Shown: one piece after another, positions 26,072-40,920 of the stretch | How positions within the stretch are numbered: position 1 is the stretch's first letter | How the letters are laid out: each line of letters starts with the position of its first letter | Source: Octopus vulgaris | Lineage: Eukaryota | DNA length: 64,000 nucleotides | Direction: 5' to 3' | Assembly: GCA_951406725.2 (NCBI GenBank) | Contig: OX597817.1 | Location: 128,836,001-128,900,000 of the forward strand | Made by a program: the position numbers and the translations under genes | Notes under the pieces: model-generated | Told to the model about the DNA's origin: nothing | What the model saw: only the letters and a program-made list of their open reading frames with translations | The model's database searches: none

Positions 26072-26880
26072 CAAGGAGATATCAAAAGGTAACCGGAAAA
26101 TTTTCTGTGGGACAAGCCTTTTGGAGTTTAGGCTTCTGCCACTAGAATCCACTTGATGCGGTCCTCAGGCATCAGTCTGTCGACCGGCGTTGTATTTGGG
26201 ATAATACAACCACGTGGTGCGTCCTTGTTTTGTAGTGCTTCTCCCCTGTTCGTTGATTTTTGCGATGCCCGAAACGAAGGAAAAGCGTGCTTCTGTGAAA
26301 TTCTGTTTTCAGCTGGTGAAAAACGGTGGCCGAAACAATTACCAAGCATCAAAAAGCTTACAAGGACACTGCCATGAGCAAAACACAAGTTTACAGTGGT
26401 TTCAACGTTTTAGGAATGGTCACACATCGCTTGACGACCAACCTGGTTCGGGGCGGCCATTGACCTCCCAAATGAATGAAAACATTATGAAAATTAATTG
26501 AACTGATTTTGGAAGACCGTCACCTAAAAACTGATGAGCTTGTTGGTTTGAGTGGTGTATCCTGGAGCTCCTGCCAACGAATTTTGAGAGAGGAATTGCG
26601 AATGAAAAGAGTTGCAGCCAAATTTGTGACACACGGAAGATAAAAAGCAGCCACGACTGAATGCGCGTCGTGAGCTGAAAGTACAGTTGAAAGTTGATCC
26701 AGACCTTTATTGGAAGGTCATCACTGGAAACGAAAGCTGGTGCTACGGAGTTTGCAGATGTGGAAGAGGTGAAGAAAAAAACGACGGTGACGCTGAAAAG
26801 CATCACGCTTTTCAGCACTGTTCGAATAGTGGAAGACGTTTCTGGACTGATGCATTGCTTCAAATTGAAGGCGATAAAAG
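26072..26880 (+). mobile_element. Mariner element, internally deleted and 3'-truncated
   Basis: Left end TA|CAAGGAGATATCAAAAGGTAACCGGAA; KRASVKFCFQL, QWFQRFRNGHTSLDDQPGSGRP, LRMKRVAAKF, KVITGNESWCY, FADVEEVKKKTT. Confidence 0.85.
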
Positions 26881-26929
<49 letters not shown>

Positions 26930-26931
<2 letters not shown>

Positions 26932-27227
26932 AGGCGCAATGGCCTAGTGGTTAGGGCAGCGGACTCGCGGTCGTAGGATCGCGGTTTCGATTCCCAGACT
27001 GGGCGTTGTGAGTGTTTATTGAGCGAAAACACCTAAAAGCTCCACGAGGCTCCGGCAGGGAGTGGTGATCCCTGCTGTACGCTTTCACCACTCTTTCTCC
27101 CACTCTTTCTTCTGTTGGTCTGCTCGCTTAGCCAGCGGGGTGGCGTCATTCGAAGGCTAAAACAATGTGAACGCATTGTGACCAGCGATGTGTAACTGCA
27201 TCTGATGGACTGGTCGGTCACGTGATA

Positions 27228-27233
<6 letters not shown>
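26930..27233 (+). mobile_element. tRNA-derived SINE family C
   Basis: TGGCCTAGTGG A-box, GGTTTCGATTCCC B-box; collinear with 14021-14325; (TG)n upstream and (TA)n downstream in both copies. Confidence 0.88.
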
Positions 27234-27282
<49 letters not shown>

Positions 27283-28364
27283 CAGTTACTCTTAGTGTTA
27301 CTGTCGACATGTAACCCAGTCAAACTTGTCGCATGGTCGGACCCTCGGTAAATAGACAGGCAGCCCTACCAAGTTAGCTCGGTAAAGAGGAAAGCCTGTG
27401 AAAAAAAAAACGGATGAACTGACTTGAGTAAATGGCCATTTAACAGTTGGCAGGGTAGACCTTTTGTCTCTATGTGGACATTTTTTTAGAAGGAAAAAAT
27501 TAATGTAACACTTGCAAATTCAATTACACCCTATAATGTTAAGTTTTTTTTTAGACAAATGCATGCTTTGTTTAGAGAGTGGGATTGGCCTTTTCTCACT
27601 TAAAAAACTTAAGCCACAGGTATCTCTTGATTTTTAACGCCTCTGTTATGTATTGCACACTATGGCTGGCTAGAGCCTATAACGGCAAAACTCTCAATGA
27701 CAAATTCCACGATGAAGTGAAGGCATGTGTCAGAGTGGCTGGTAACTCAGAACATTTGCTGAAAGAGTCGTCTGTCTTTGTTTCATCTGAACAAAAGAGT
27801 GTAGATCTGTAAGAGGATTGAAAAACCAACCACATTCTTGCTACTCACGTATTAAGAAAAACAATCCAGAGAGAGTATTACTTGAAATCATCGAGCAGTC
27901 ATCTTGTATGCATGGGTGCGTGTATAAATGTATGTATTTTTAAGTATGTATATATATATGTTTGAATTGATGGATACAGTTAGTGGTGAGAATAGAGAGA
28001 TATATTTAGATATTCAGAGAGAATGACAGAAAATTGCTTTTATTTTTCTATTTTGATGTTAATTATTGCTTGTGGTCAAACATCACCACCTGTTGATTAA
28101 AACTCAATGTTTCCGTCACCCTATCACTCTTCTCATTTCTATCTTTAGTTATCTTTTTATTATTTTTTCCCTAACTATAGATATCCACCCACATTCTCAA
28201 TCTCTCTCACCTGCCTATCTAACGTAAGCTAGTTACCTATACACCTATAATATACCAAGATATGTATGAACATACGCACAATCGTATTATATATATGTAT
28301 ACATACACTCACATGCAAATATATATATATACACAGTACACAAACACATACATACGTACATCGA

Positions 28365-28755
28365 AGGCTGTGTGGTAAGAAGCTTGTTTCCCAACCACAT
28401 GGCTCCGGGTTCAGTTTCACTGCGTGGTATCTTCAGCAAGTGTCTTCTACTATATCCTCGGGACAACCAAAGTCTTGTGAGTGGATTTGGTAGATGTAAA
28501 CTGAGAGAAGCCCGTCCTGTATGTGTGTGTGCTTGTGTATTTATGTGTGCGTTTGTGTTTATTTCCTCTATCACCACTTGATAAACGGTGTTGGTGTGCT
28601 TATGTCCCCGTAACTTAGTGGTCCAGCAAAAGAGACCGATAGAGTTAATACTGGGCTTTAAAAAATAAGTCTTAGGGTCGATTTGTGCGACTAAAACCCT
28701 GCAAGGCGGTGCTCCAGCAACACCGCAGTCAAGTGATTGAATCAAGTAAAAGAAT
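28365..28755 (+). mobile_element. SINE family B
   Basis: Head, (TG)n linker and tail. Confidence 0.85.
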
Positions 28756-28859
28756 ATACATACATACATGTATACATACATATATATATATATATTTGTT
28801 AAAGTGAAAGCATCTGACATAAAATAGAGAAATATTTTTGTTTCACTTTTAACACGTAA

Positions 28860-29065
28860 TACTGAAATAGTGGAGAAGATATGATATTGCTATGGGCTCG
28901 CTCTAGGCAAGAAGTTGAACATTCTTTTTGCCCATGAAACTACATGGACCCTAAGTAAGGCATGTGTAAAATTTGAATGAAATTGGTTGTGTAGTTCTCA
29001 AGGTTTAGGGAAACACACAGACAGACAGACACACACACACATTCTCAGTTTTATATATATAAAGA
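28860..29065 (-). mobile_element. Non-autonomous Helitron-like 5' end
   Basis: Minus strand begins TCTTTATATATATAAAACTGAGAATG(TG)n(TCTG)n..CCAATTTCATTCAAATTT, typical of invertebrate Helitron-N 5' termini. Confidence 0.5.
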
Positions 29066-29137
<72 letters not shown>

Positions 29138-29309
29138 CATGCATACATATATGCGGATTGAATTAACAGGTCTTTTGTTCCTTCACATTACATATTTATA
29201 TCTTCCGTCTCAAGTTACTTTCGAGCACTATTCCAAACCTCTACATTGTCAGAGAATTTCAAATCAATCTTCTTTCGCAAAACAATTATATATATATGTG
29301 TGTATGTGT

Positions 29310-29348
<39 letters not shown>

Positions 29349-29354
29349 ACATTC

Positions 29355-29880
29355 TTTCTGCTAAAGACACAAAACCTGAAATTTTGTGGTGAAAGCACTA
29401 GCCAATAACATCGATCTCAGTATTCAACTAGTACTTATTTCATCGACCCTTGAAGGCTGAACAGCGGAATTGACTTAAGTGACACCTGACCTGATACTGT
29501 AAAATCCGGTAGAAATTCCACTAAACATTTTGCCCGAAACGGTAACTATTCTGCCTTCCCGCCACTTTAATATGATTTATAATATAATATAATATAATAT
29601 AATATAATATAATATAATATAATATAATATAATATAATATAATATAATATGATATAATATAAAGGCGGGGAGCTTGCAAAATTATTACTGCGCTGGAAAA
29701 ATTGCTTAGTGGCATTTCTTGAGACTTTATGTTCTGACTTCAAAAGCCGGCGGGGTTGATAAAATAAGTACCTTTCGGGATCGATAAAATAAGTACCAGT
29801 TGAATACTGAGGCCGTGGACGTTATCGACTAGATACCTTCCCCGAAGTTGCTGGCCTAGTGCCAAGATTTGAAACCAATA
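29355..29880. mobile_element. Head-to-head pair of SINE family A copies around (AATAT)n
   Basis: Minus copy 29355-29567, pentanucleotide repeat 29580-29660, plus copy 29663-29880. Confidence 0.8.
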
Positions 29881-29887
29881 TAATATT

Positions 29888-31139
29888 TTGGGTTGCCAAG
29901 AAAGTAATTTCGGTTATTTAGTGCGAAATAAAAGTCGTTTTTTTCATATTTTCCATTTTGTTCGTGACATTTTGCCATCTTTCTCTCAACTCCATGGTTC
30001 CGCGCTCAGAGAACTTCTGGTCCTTATCAGCCAAAAACTGAAACAAGTGCGATTTCAGGTGATCATTATTATTGAAAGTTTTACCATTGCAAACTTCGAA
30101 ATAAATGGTAATCTGATGGTGCAATGCCAGGGCTATATGGTGGATGTGACTTCACCTCCCAACCAAGCTCCAATAATTTTTCACGAGTTAGCAAAGGCAT
30201 ATGTGGTTTAGCGTTGTCATGGTGGAACATGATTCCTTTATGATTTGCCAATTTTGGCCGTTTTTCTTTGATTGCTTCTTTCAGTTTCATTAGTTGTTGA
30301 CAGCAAACATCTGAATTGATCGTTTGGTTCCTTGAAAGCAGTTCAAAATACACAATACCTTTGTAATCCCACAGTATGGCCTTTTTGTTATGCAATTCAG
30401 CTTTTGATGTGGTTTGAGCAGGTTCATTACATTTGGATCACGATCGTTTTCGATTGAGGTTATTGTACATTGTAGACAATCCATTTTTCATCACCAGTGA
30501 TGATTCATTAAAAAAAAAGTGTCAATTTCATTGCGTTTAAGATGCATATCTTAATAAAGATTCGCAAATGTTGATTCGTTGTGCTAGTGAAAATCTTTCA
30601 ATTTATGAGGAACCCAAATATCAAGCTTCTTAATGAGTCCATGACATTTTAATGATTTTCAATTGTTCTTTGTGATGCATTTAACCTCTCTGAAACCTTT
30701 CTCACACTTATATGACAATCAGATTCAATTATGGCTTTGATTCGGTCGACCAGAATGTTGGTCATCTTTGAGTGAAAAATCTCCAGAACGGAATTTTTAA
30801 ACCATTTCTGTTACGTGCGTTCTGTTAACTAATCAACACCATAAATTTTACATATCTCTTCGTGAGCCTCAGCGGCTTTCTTGCCTTTACGGAAACAAAA
30901 AAAGCAAAATATGGCGAAGATGATCATTTCTGCACTCTATGTTAAAATGCTCGTTTCTGCACTCTATGTTAAAATTGACACTGAAGCTCTAAACAAAATT
31001 TTGCGCATTTTGCTTCTAAAGTAAGCTAAAAGTAACGGCTATCAAATGTCAAAAGGAAAACATCATAACATTGACAAAAGTCAGTCAAAAAATTGTAACG
31101 CTATTTGCGAAAAACGAAATTATTTTCTTGCCAACCTAA
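29888..31139 (-). mobile_element. Mariner (DD34D) transposon, decayed full-length copy
   Basis: TIRs TTGGGTTGCCAAGAAAGTAATTTCG / CGAAATTATTTTCTTGCCAACCTAA; WDYKGIVYFELL..FHHDNAKPH..HPPYSPGIAPSDYHLFRSLQ. Confidence 0.93.
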
Positions 31140-31249
31140 TAATATGAACGTTTTGTATGTATTGTTGGTTGAATCAATCTTTAGTTGCTATGAAGTTTCG
31201 CCTGTGTTTTCACAGTGTCAGTAGGCATGTTATGTTTCTTCCATGGTCC

Positions 31250-32100
31250 TCTGAGCTCATAGGTAAAGATCCAGAGTAGCAAGATGCTCTTCGAAGCAAA
31301 ATAAAAATATTATTAATCTCAAGTATTGTATTGAGTACTCTTCCTTCCGACAGTCAACAGCAAATGGATATACGAAACCAGTTAATCCAGCCGAACTTGT
31401 AACCCCGACTGACTCAATCGGTATCGTACATATATTGTGTCAATAACAAGACTTAAATTTGCTTACAGCACTTGTCAGCGAGGTTTTCTCAGAACCCGAG
31501 GGTTCAGCAGAAGTTATTAAGGATTTTATAAAATGTAAATAACGCTAATTTTATGATGCTAAAGCTTCTTTGTGTCAATGTTATCTTTGATTCTGTGTTC
31601 GCATCTTCATTGTATATGCATGGCATATTCCGTAAAGTAGGGAAATCCTGATATCTATACATAGCAAGTACACCCTTAGTGGAATTGTAGAGGAATTTGG
31701 TCTAAACAGGGTCTTAGATAAGACAAACTTTCTTAATCCTTCTTTCTGATGTCTGATGGATTTAGTGCTACCAAACATTTCAAGGACAATTTTAAGATCT
31801 CTTCCATCCATTGTGGAATTCAACTTTAATGATCAATGATATATAATGTTTATGCAGAGGTTCCAGAGACATGAAATTTATTTCAAGAATTCCCCAAAAG
31901 TAAAACGGTAAGGAAATACTGCTTATGGTAAGGTCAGTAACAATATATTTACTCCAATGAATTAAGAGCTGTAATTAATTAAAATTATATACGTGATGAT
32001 GCAAAGTATTACTAGCTTAACAGATAATTTCTTATCGATAGTGGTAGAGGAGACGATGCCGATGTTTTAACAAAATTAATTATAAATTGGATTGAAGACA
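31250..32100 (+). pseudogene. Possible second Penelope-like RT relic
   Basis: Fragments FNFNDQ*Y and GRGDDADVL in RT motif order; a decayed hammerhead lies adjacent on the opposite strand (32148-32178). Confidence 0.3.
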
Positions 32101-32313
32101 ATAATGTAAGGAGTGAATTTGATAATGGCAATGTGATGACAAATATGAAAATGTTTCGGTATTATTACACCTCATCAGCGAAGAATGCATTGTCATAGTT
32201 ATTGCTATATTTAGCTAAAATTTCTTAGCTCACTACATTAAGTATGTTAGCTTTTACCGTACAATATTGTTATCCTGCAGAGCATGTCCCTAGGGTGTGT
32301 TTCTCCAGTCCCC

Positions 32314-32501
32314 CTCCTCCTCCTCCTCCTCCTCCTTCTTCTTCTTCTTCTTCTTCTTCTTCTTCTTCTTCTTCTTCTTCTTCTTCTTCTTCTTCTTCTT
32401 CTTCTTTCTTGTCTCGTGCCGTGCCCTCCTCTCACATTATTTTTGTGTGGTCGCCCCGTGGTGTCCCTCATCTGCTGTTCCCGTGACCAATAAACAAATC
32501 T

Positions 32502-32549
<48 letters not shown>

Positions 32550-32561
32550 ATGCTGCTGCTG

Positions 32562-32592
<31 letters not shown>

Positions 32593-32614
32593 CACCACCA
32601 CCACCACCACCACC
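32314..32614. repeat. (CCT)(CTT)n and (CTA)(CCA)n microsatellites
   Basis: Read directly. Confidence 0.95.
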
Positions 32615-33123
32615 TTTACCAACGTTACGCTGCAGCTGGTGTGTAAGTCAGATTATTCAGTGTTTGTTATAGTAATTATCTTGTTTGATATCTCTCTTCT
32701 GATTATTTGTTTTACGGAAGTATCTATCATTTACTACTTTCTATTTTGTTTGTTTTTGCTTTGTTTTGCTTTTGTTAACCTGCGTTTGTCTGAATTAGTC
32801 TTTGTTTTTATTGACTGAATTTAGTAGTGTTTTTAATAAGATTGCTTTATTTATAATACGCTTAACCATTTGAATACTAATGTATTATACATACGTACAC
32901 ATGCATATATAAGTATGTGTGTGTGTATCTATTTACATATGTATGTATGCATGTATGCATGCATGTATATGTATGTATGTATATATATATGTGTGTGTGT
33001 GTGTATCTATTTATATATGTATGTATATGTATGTGTGTATGTATATATATATTTATATATATATATATGTGTGTGTATATATTTATACATCATATTTGCA
33101 TATGTCTATTTTTTATTCCTTAA

Positions 33124-33310
33124 TTTACTTGTTTCAGTCATTTGACTACGGCCATACTGGAGCGCCACCTTTAGTCGAACAAATCGACCCCAGGACTTAT
33201 TCTTTGTAAGCCTAGTATATATTCTCTCGGGCTATTTTGCCGAACCGCTAAGTTATGGGGACGTAAACACGCCAACATCGGTTGTCAAGCGATTGTAGGG
33301 GAACAAACAC
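33124..33310 (-). mobile_element. SINE family B tail module
   Basis: Reverse complement of 33645-33835. Confidence 0.85.
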
Positions 33311-33330
33311 ACACACACACACACACACGA

Positions 33331-33368
<38 letters not shown>

Positions 33369-33440
33369 CATATATATATATATATATATGTATGTACTTG
33401 TGCTTGTATCTATGTATATATATAAATATGTATACATATA

Positions 33441-33855
33441 GGCGCAGGAGTGGCTGTGTGGTAAGTAGCTTGTTTACCAACCACATGGTTCCGGGTTCAG
33501 TCCTACTGCGTGGCATCTTGAGTTAGTGTCTTCTACTATAGCCTCGGGCCGACCAAAGCCTTGTGAGTGGATTTGGTAGACGGAAACTGAAAGAAGCCCG
33601 TAGTATATATGTATATATATATATATGTGTGTGTGTTTGTGTGTCTGTGTTTGTCCCCCTAGCATTGCTTGACAACCGATGCTGGTGTGTTTATGTCCCC
33701 GTTACTTAGCGGTTCGGCAAAAAGAGACCGGTAGAATAAGTACTGGGCTTACAAAAGAATAAGTCCCGGGGTCGAGCTGCTCGATTAAAGGCGGTGCTCC
33801 AGCATGGCCGCAGTCAAATGACTGAAACAAGTAAAAGAGTAAAAGAGTAAAAGAG
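33441..33855 (+). mobile_element. SINE family B, full length
   Basis: tRNA-like head GGCGCAGGAGTGGCTGTGTGGT..GGGTTCAGTCC, (TA/TG)n linker, tail ending (GTAAAAGA)3. Confidence 0.92.
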
Positions 33856-34689
33856 TATATATATAAGTTTGTGCGCGTGTGTGTGTGTGTGAGTACGTGT
33901 GTGCGCGTGTGTGTTGTATGTATGTGTTAGCTGACAACTATTTTGAGTTCATATCCATACCACAACAAATCTTTCAATGCACATACATACACACATACAG
34001 ACTCACATACAGATATATACATGTATACATGAATGCTTTCATATCTATACTTTTTCATATATGCTTGTATAGGCATAGTATATGAACATTTTAAATTTTT
34101 GTCTATGATTTTTCCCTATAAGAGCTTGTCTGTTTATATACTGATTTATTATAACATATTTATTGTTTATAAGAAATATGCTATAATGATATTTCTTATT
34201 TATAAGAAATTCTTATTTATAGCATATTTATAACATATTTCTTATGAATTTAAACACTTATGCTCTTTTCTAAAGTCCTTAGTTGTAAATATTTTCCTGG
34301 TCTCAGTATGGTAAGTATATCAGCACCAACCTTAGCATATGGTTCTCAAATAGACAGAATCTAGGAGTATGTTAAAGATACATAATTGTATATGAATGTA
34401 TCTCTAAAATCAAGTGATGGCGCACACGCACTGTGCATGTATATTGGTAAGAATATGTATCGATAGTTTGCCTCGGGGCTTAAAATACACATTTCGCAAC
34501 AAATGCGCTGCAATTTGGTCCACTGTCTTCACTAACGTATATGTATGAAATTCAGATAACTAAAACTGTGTAGAATCACGTCATACTTATGCGTATGCTT
34601 ATATATAGGCATACATAATTCGTTGGAAAGAAAGTCCTGTTGCAATTTTGGCAAATTCATTTTGAAGGTTTTTTTTTTAATACTCTTTC

Positions 34690-35440
<751 letters not shown>

Positions 35441-36639
35441 GCCTACTTCCAATAAAATAAGTTTTTACTTTTACATTCTTTCACTTTTCCGCCCTTTATT
35501 TGCTGATCATTTTATACAATAGTGATTAAGTCGACTCATCTAGAATTAGTTTCGATCAAACGCATATAAGTCACTGCATAATGTATGAATTCAAAGTCTT
35601 TTTTGTCTTTTTTTTTTTCAGTCAAGGAGATGGTAAAAAATATTCGTTCTGTCAATGGAAATGAAACTTTAAGTAGCAACTCTATGTCAATGATAATTTG
35701 GCTAGTTTCGCTCTGGTAATTATTCTCTCGCAGATTCCCATCGATTTGGACAACAAAGTTCTGTCAATATTGTGCCTCTGAATACCGGAGTTGAGTAAAA
35801 TCTGAATCAAACTGCACGAGAAATAGCAAAAGAATTCAAGTCATACTCCAATCATAAAACAATTTTATGAACAAGGAAAAGTACCTAAACTTGCTCAGTC
35901 GTTCATTCATCATCTGACTACTTTTTAGCTTAATCAAAGCTCCTCTTTGAAGTGTACACTCGCTATCGCCTAATTCCTAGGTGAAATGATGGAAAGTGGG
36001 TTCTCTCTAATCATATCCAACGAAAACATCTATGCTTAACACCAAATGGAAATGGAGAAATTGTTCCTAAGCCAGAACTACATCCAGAAACAAGTTATGC
36101 TCTGTGTTCGGTGGAATATGAAGGACTTGTCAATAACGAAGTGTTAAACCAAAATGAAATATAATATGGAGACACAATGTCGCCAATTGAAAGCAATGCA
36201 CAAATATTTGCAGTAAAAGCCCCCATCGTCAGTTAAACGTGAAGTTAAACACAAGACGATATATTGCCAAATTAAACCCAGGAAACAATTATGACACTAA
36301 ATATGGAAGTTTTCTTCATCCGCTTCACCCTCTTGACCTTTAGATCATTACAATATTTTTTAAGGGTAAAAAATTCATTAATTACAAAGAGATTCTAAAT
36401 TATATTGGGTATTTCTTTGCTTCGAAACCTGGTGAATTTTACCTATAGCCAATAATCCTATCTATTTTGCCATATAGATGGGCATATGTTATCAATAATG
36501 AAGGAGACCATCATCTTTATTCAATATGGCAATTAAGACCAAATAGGCATTTGATTCACTCACATTTCAAAATGCGACAGGAATTTCTTTCCAACCTTGT
36601 GTATGTCTGTACTCGAAGTACATATAAGGCTGTACATAA

Positions 36640-36858
36640 CAATGGTTTCAAATTTTGGCACTAGGCCAGCAAGTTCGGGGGGAAGGAGTTAAGTCGATTA
36701 TATCGACCCTAGTACTCAACTGGTACTTTTTCTATCGATCCCGAAAAGATGAAAGACGAAGTTGATCTCGGCGGATTTTGAACTCAGAACGTAAAAGCAA
36801 ATGAAATATCGGTAAGAATTTCGCTTGATGTGCTAACAATTCTATCACCTCGCCGCCT
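36640..36858 (-). mobile_element. SINE family A
   Basis: Full head, core and tail. Confidence 0.85.
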
Positions 36859-37744
36859 TAGGCTATATATATATATAATAATAGTAGTATATATATATTA
36901 CGTTAAAAAAACAAAATCCCCTTTTGGATAGATAAAGACGGTGAGCAAGCCAAAACTTCGAAGTTACTGTTAATCTTTTTCTTGTAACAATAAAGAATTA
37001 CATAATAAACACGTGTATCAATAATTCTACAACACTCTCAGATACACTTACTTGTAAGGTATAAGTTTGTATAAGTTTGTCCAGATGTAAAGAAACCTTA
37101 GAGCTCGGGCAAGCTTTCCATTTTATTTTATTTTATTAATTTTTTTTTTTTTTACATTTTCTTCCCATAAGATAGTAAAGAGTCATGAATTATTAACAAC
37201 TTTACAGATTTAAAAGAAGATAATAATCAAATTCTCTCATGGTGTTTTACTTCTGCTGCTTTTCTTGCCCAAACAAAGCTTTCAACGTGTGTGTGTATAT
37301 ATAATTTATTTTTGTCATTTTAAGGACCTTGACACTTTGTTTCCTTAACATATGCAGATAGCTATCATGTTCGTACGTTTAGACAGTTAATTAGTTCACA
37401 ACTGATGTTGCGAAGATGTTTTTGTTAGAAAATCAAGGTGTTAGTTGCGTTATGTTTAACATGATGAATCATCATAGAAGAAAGAATTATCTTCAAGAAT
37501 GTATATTAATAACCCTAGGCTTTTTTTTTCTTTTGTATACATAATGTACAATATTTTTAATTTATGTTATGTGTGAATCAGAGAATGATGTCCGGTCAGT
37601 TGATCAAAGAGGCAATGTCTCACTTGGGTGGGAAATAGTAAAGCAATGATGATGACGTCATGTTAGTTGTTGATGACCTTTTTTTACCAGCAGACTGATA
37701 GCTTCTTCACCAATGGGATCGAAGCACTGCAACACCGGTGGAAG

Positions 37745-38311
37745 AAGTGTGGGTGTCCCAAGGGAGACTATGTTTAAAAATAAGCCTCATTTGGTCACAT
37801 TCTATGAAAGCATATTGGTCAGCCTATGACTTTTACAACAGAGAATATAATTTCCAGAGTATGATACTTTTCAAGGCGGTAGAGTGCTATTTAAAAGATA
37901 TTTCGCTGCTATTTCTATTAAATCAAGTAAGCCGTTGAGGCTCCTTTGCTGGATTATTACTGAAAACTAAGGACGAAGAAGTGTATAGTTAAAGCACGTT
38001 TCATTAGTTTGCCCAGCTGGGTTCAAAAGTGTGTGGGCCAGAGAGGAGAATAAATTTTAAAATAAGCCTCAATTGGTCACATTCCATGAAAGCATTTTGG
38101 CCATGCTATGAGTTTTTCAGCCGACCCTCATAGGAATATGATTTCCAGAGTATCTTCCTTTTCAAGATAGTAATGTGCTATTTGAAAGATATCTCGTAGC
38201 TATTTCTAGAAGATCCAGTAACCCGTAGAGGCTCTCCTGCTGGATTGAAAACTACAGTGAAAAAACTGTATAATTAAGGGACGTTTCGTTAATTTGCATA
38301 GCTGGGTTCAA
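37745..38311. repeat. Old tandem duplication of about 285 bp (mariner 3' end plus dispersed repeat)
   Basis: 37745-38028 versus 38029-38311 share AAAATAAGCCTCA.TTGGTCACATTC.ATGAAAGCA..TTTCCAGAGTAT..AGCTGGGTTCAAA; ALQHRWKKC mariner C-terminus just upstream. Confidence 0.75.
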
Positions 38312-38687
38312 ACGTGCCTTCAGGTGCCTAAAGTAGCTATAACTACAACTGGAAACTGCTATAAACTAGCGTTTACATCCAAGGAAGAGATGCGATTCAG
38401 AATTGTTATTGTTGCTGTTATTTAGACTTCAGGCAGTTTTGATCGATTAGATCTATGATCAAAAGTATTCCAGCCGTGACTCTCTTATATTATTATCAGA
38501 CATAGTGCACCTAGATCGGTCTTATTCAACAACACAAGGTTGTTCATACGGCGTGATGGCTACATACGGTGATGCTCATCACGCACATGTATATACACCA
38601 CCACTGCCACTGCTACCACCACTATCACCACCATCAATTACTATGCAGTACAGGCATGTAGCACACAAAGAGAAATTAGAGAAATAC

Positions 38688-39240
38688 GCTACTCAAATAA
38701 AGTTCCTATATCCTTCCCCTACTAATATACACCAGTCAATCTACACGCAGCATGCAGGTGACGCACAATGAGACGGTAATGATTGCCCCTGCTCAAATTA
38801 AGTTCCTTTATCTCCTTCACAAAATATCTACGAACATATCTCACAATATCATACAAGAGACAGTAGAAAGGAGATCTGGAGTGATTGGCCCCGATCAAAT
38901 TAAACTGCTTTACCATTCCACGCCTCATCCCCAGATTGTCTAGACAATCACAATCCGTTCATGCATGTGACATACAAAGGGAATCTTTAGTGATTATCCT
39001 TTTTGGAACGAATTTCGCCTTTCTTTTAAATTTTTTGGAACACTCAAAATACCCGCAGACAGTTCCACACCCATTACCCCATGTAACATACAAGGGAATC
39101 TTCAGTGATTATTCCCTCTCAAATTACATTCCTTTATCTCGCCCTTCAAAAGGTCTCCAACAATCCCCACGCCCCTTGAGGCATGTGACATCCAAGAGAA
39201 TCTTCATTGACGGGCACTCTTCAAATTACATATTTTTTTT
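38688..39240. repeat. Degenerate tandem repeat, about 100-118 bp unit
   Basis: Recurring TCAAATTAAGTTCC and CATGTGACATACAAGGGAATCTTCAGTGA motifs at about 100-bp spacing. Confidence 0.55.
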
Positions 39241-39534
39241 ATTATTCCCTCAGTTATCCCAGACAAAAGCGCACGCCCCATAAGTAGTTCTGATATTTCT
39301 CAAATATCCGAGTTTCATATTTGTTTCACTTTCAATAACCTTTCAGCGATAAAAATAAAATTTGCGGTTGCCCACGGTTGTGTGTCTGTGTGCGTGAGTC
39401 TTAACGAGTGTCTATGTGTGTGTATATGTGTAAACTTGAGTTCCAGTTTGTGTGTCGCGTGTATATTCATGTATGTATGTATGTATGTATGTATTATGCA
39501 TATATACATATATACGTATATACATATGTGTGTG

Positions 39535-39581
<47 letters not shown>

Positions 39582-39880
39582 AATATATATATATAGGTAT
39601 ATAGAGAGAGAGAGAGAGAGAGAGAGATGGATAGGTAGATAGATAGATATACATACATATATACATTTCACAATTGAGAAAATTAATTAATTATTAATCA
39701 ATTTCAGAAGAGTATGCAAAGGGATGGATAGGTAGATAGATAGATATACATACATATATATAATTGTTCCACGTCCTGCGTTGCTGTGTTTTTTTTATTT
39801 CTCTTTTTTTATGTGTTTTCTTGTTTGGATTAACTATATATATATATATACATACATATATACATATATAAATATATATA

Positions 39881-40638
39881 GGTGGTCTGATCAATAAGTA
39901 TTCGGACTGTTGCTATAGTAACGAAACTAAAGCACGAAGAGTGACACCACTTGGCACAGATTGACCATGACTGAGAAATTTGTCATGGTGATACCTGCTC
40001 AAAGGCCTACGCAAATTTTTCAAAAGTTTTCATCGTTCTCGACACAATGAAGGAGATCTTGCGCAACTGAAACTCGACTGTCTTCTCGGTGAGCCGAAAG
40101 CAGTTTTGGCACAAATTTGGTAGACACGCGTCTCATACCAAAATCTTCAGTGATAATGGACTGAACCGAACCATAACTAATCTGCACATTATCTGATAAC
40201 TTACGATTGGTGATTTGACGATTTCCCCTCAAAACTGCTCTCACATCTGCGATGTTTTTCTCAGTTCCGCTGATTGCGGGTTTGCCAGAGCGTTCGTCAC
40301 TATCAACATTTTTTCGTCCATCTTGGAAATGTCCGAACCACTCGTGCACTTGTGTGCGGCTCATACATTCCTCTCCATATACTTATTGCAACTCTACGTT
40401 GTAGGCTTCTGAGCAGGTATCACCATGACAAATTTCTCTGTCATGGTCAACGCGACGATCACACGTTACATACGTTCTTTCCAAGCACTGCTGTAAACAC
40501 CGGAAGCAAGCTAGAATGTTAAAACTTGGTGCGCATGCATAGCAGAATTAAAGGTCAGTCTGTATCGAGCGGCTTCACTCTGCGTGCTTTAGCTTTGTTA
40601 CTATGGCAACGGTCCGGATACTTAATGATCAGACCTCG
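39881..40638 (-). mobile_element. Non-autonomous mariner derivative with long inverted ends
   Basis: About 85-bp inverted termini GGTCTGATCAATAAGTA..; N-terminal transposase MSRTQVHEWF..DERSGKP..GMRRVSTKFVPKLLS; catalytic domain absent. Confidence 0.9.
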
Positions 40639-40698
40639 CATGTGTGTGTGTGTGAATATATGTACGTATGTGTGTACGGATGTATGTTTGTATGTATG

Positions 40699-40733
<35 letters not shown>

Positions 40734-40919
40734 GTATATATATATATAATGATTGTTTTATACTTTAACGATTAGACATAAACTTCGAATTATAAATATC
40801 TATTCTTCACTTGTTCATTTGCGTGTGTGTACGCGTGTCTGCAGAATATAAGTATCTATCTACTTGTCTCTCTCAGTCTACCTGACTGTCTTTCTCTTTA
40901 TCTCAGTCTATCTAACTAT

Positions 40920-40920
<1 letters not shown>

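Noticed and set aside
26930-27000. tRNA gene
   Set aside because: Has A and B boxes but imperfect cloverleaf stems and continues into a SINE body shared with 14021
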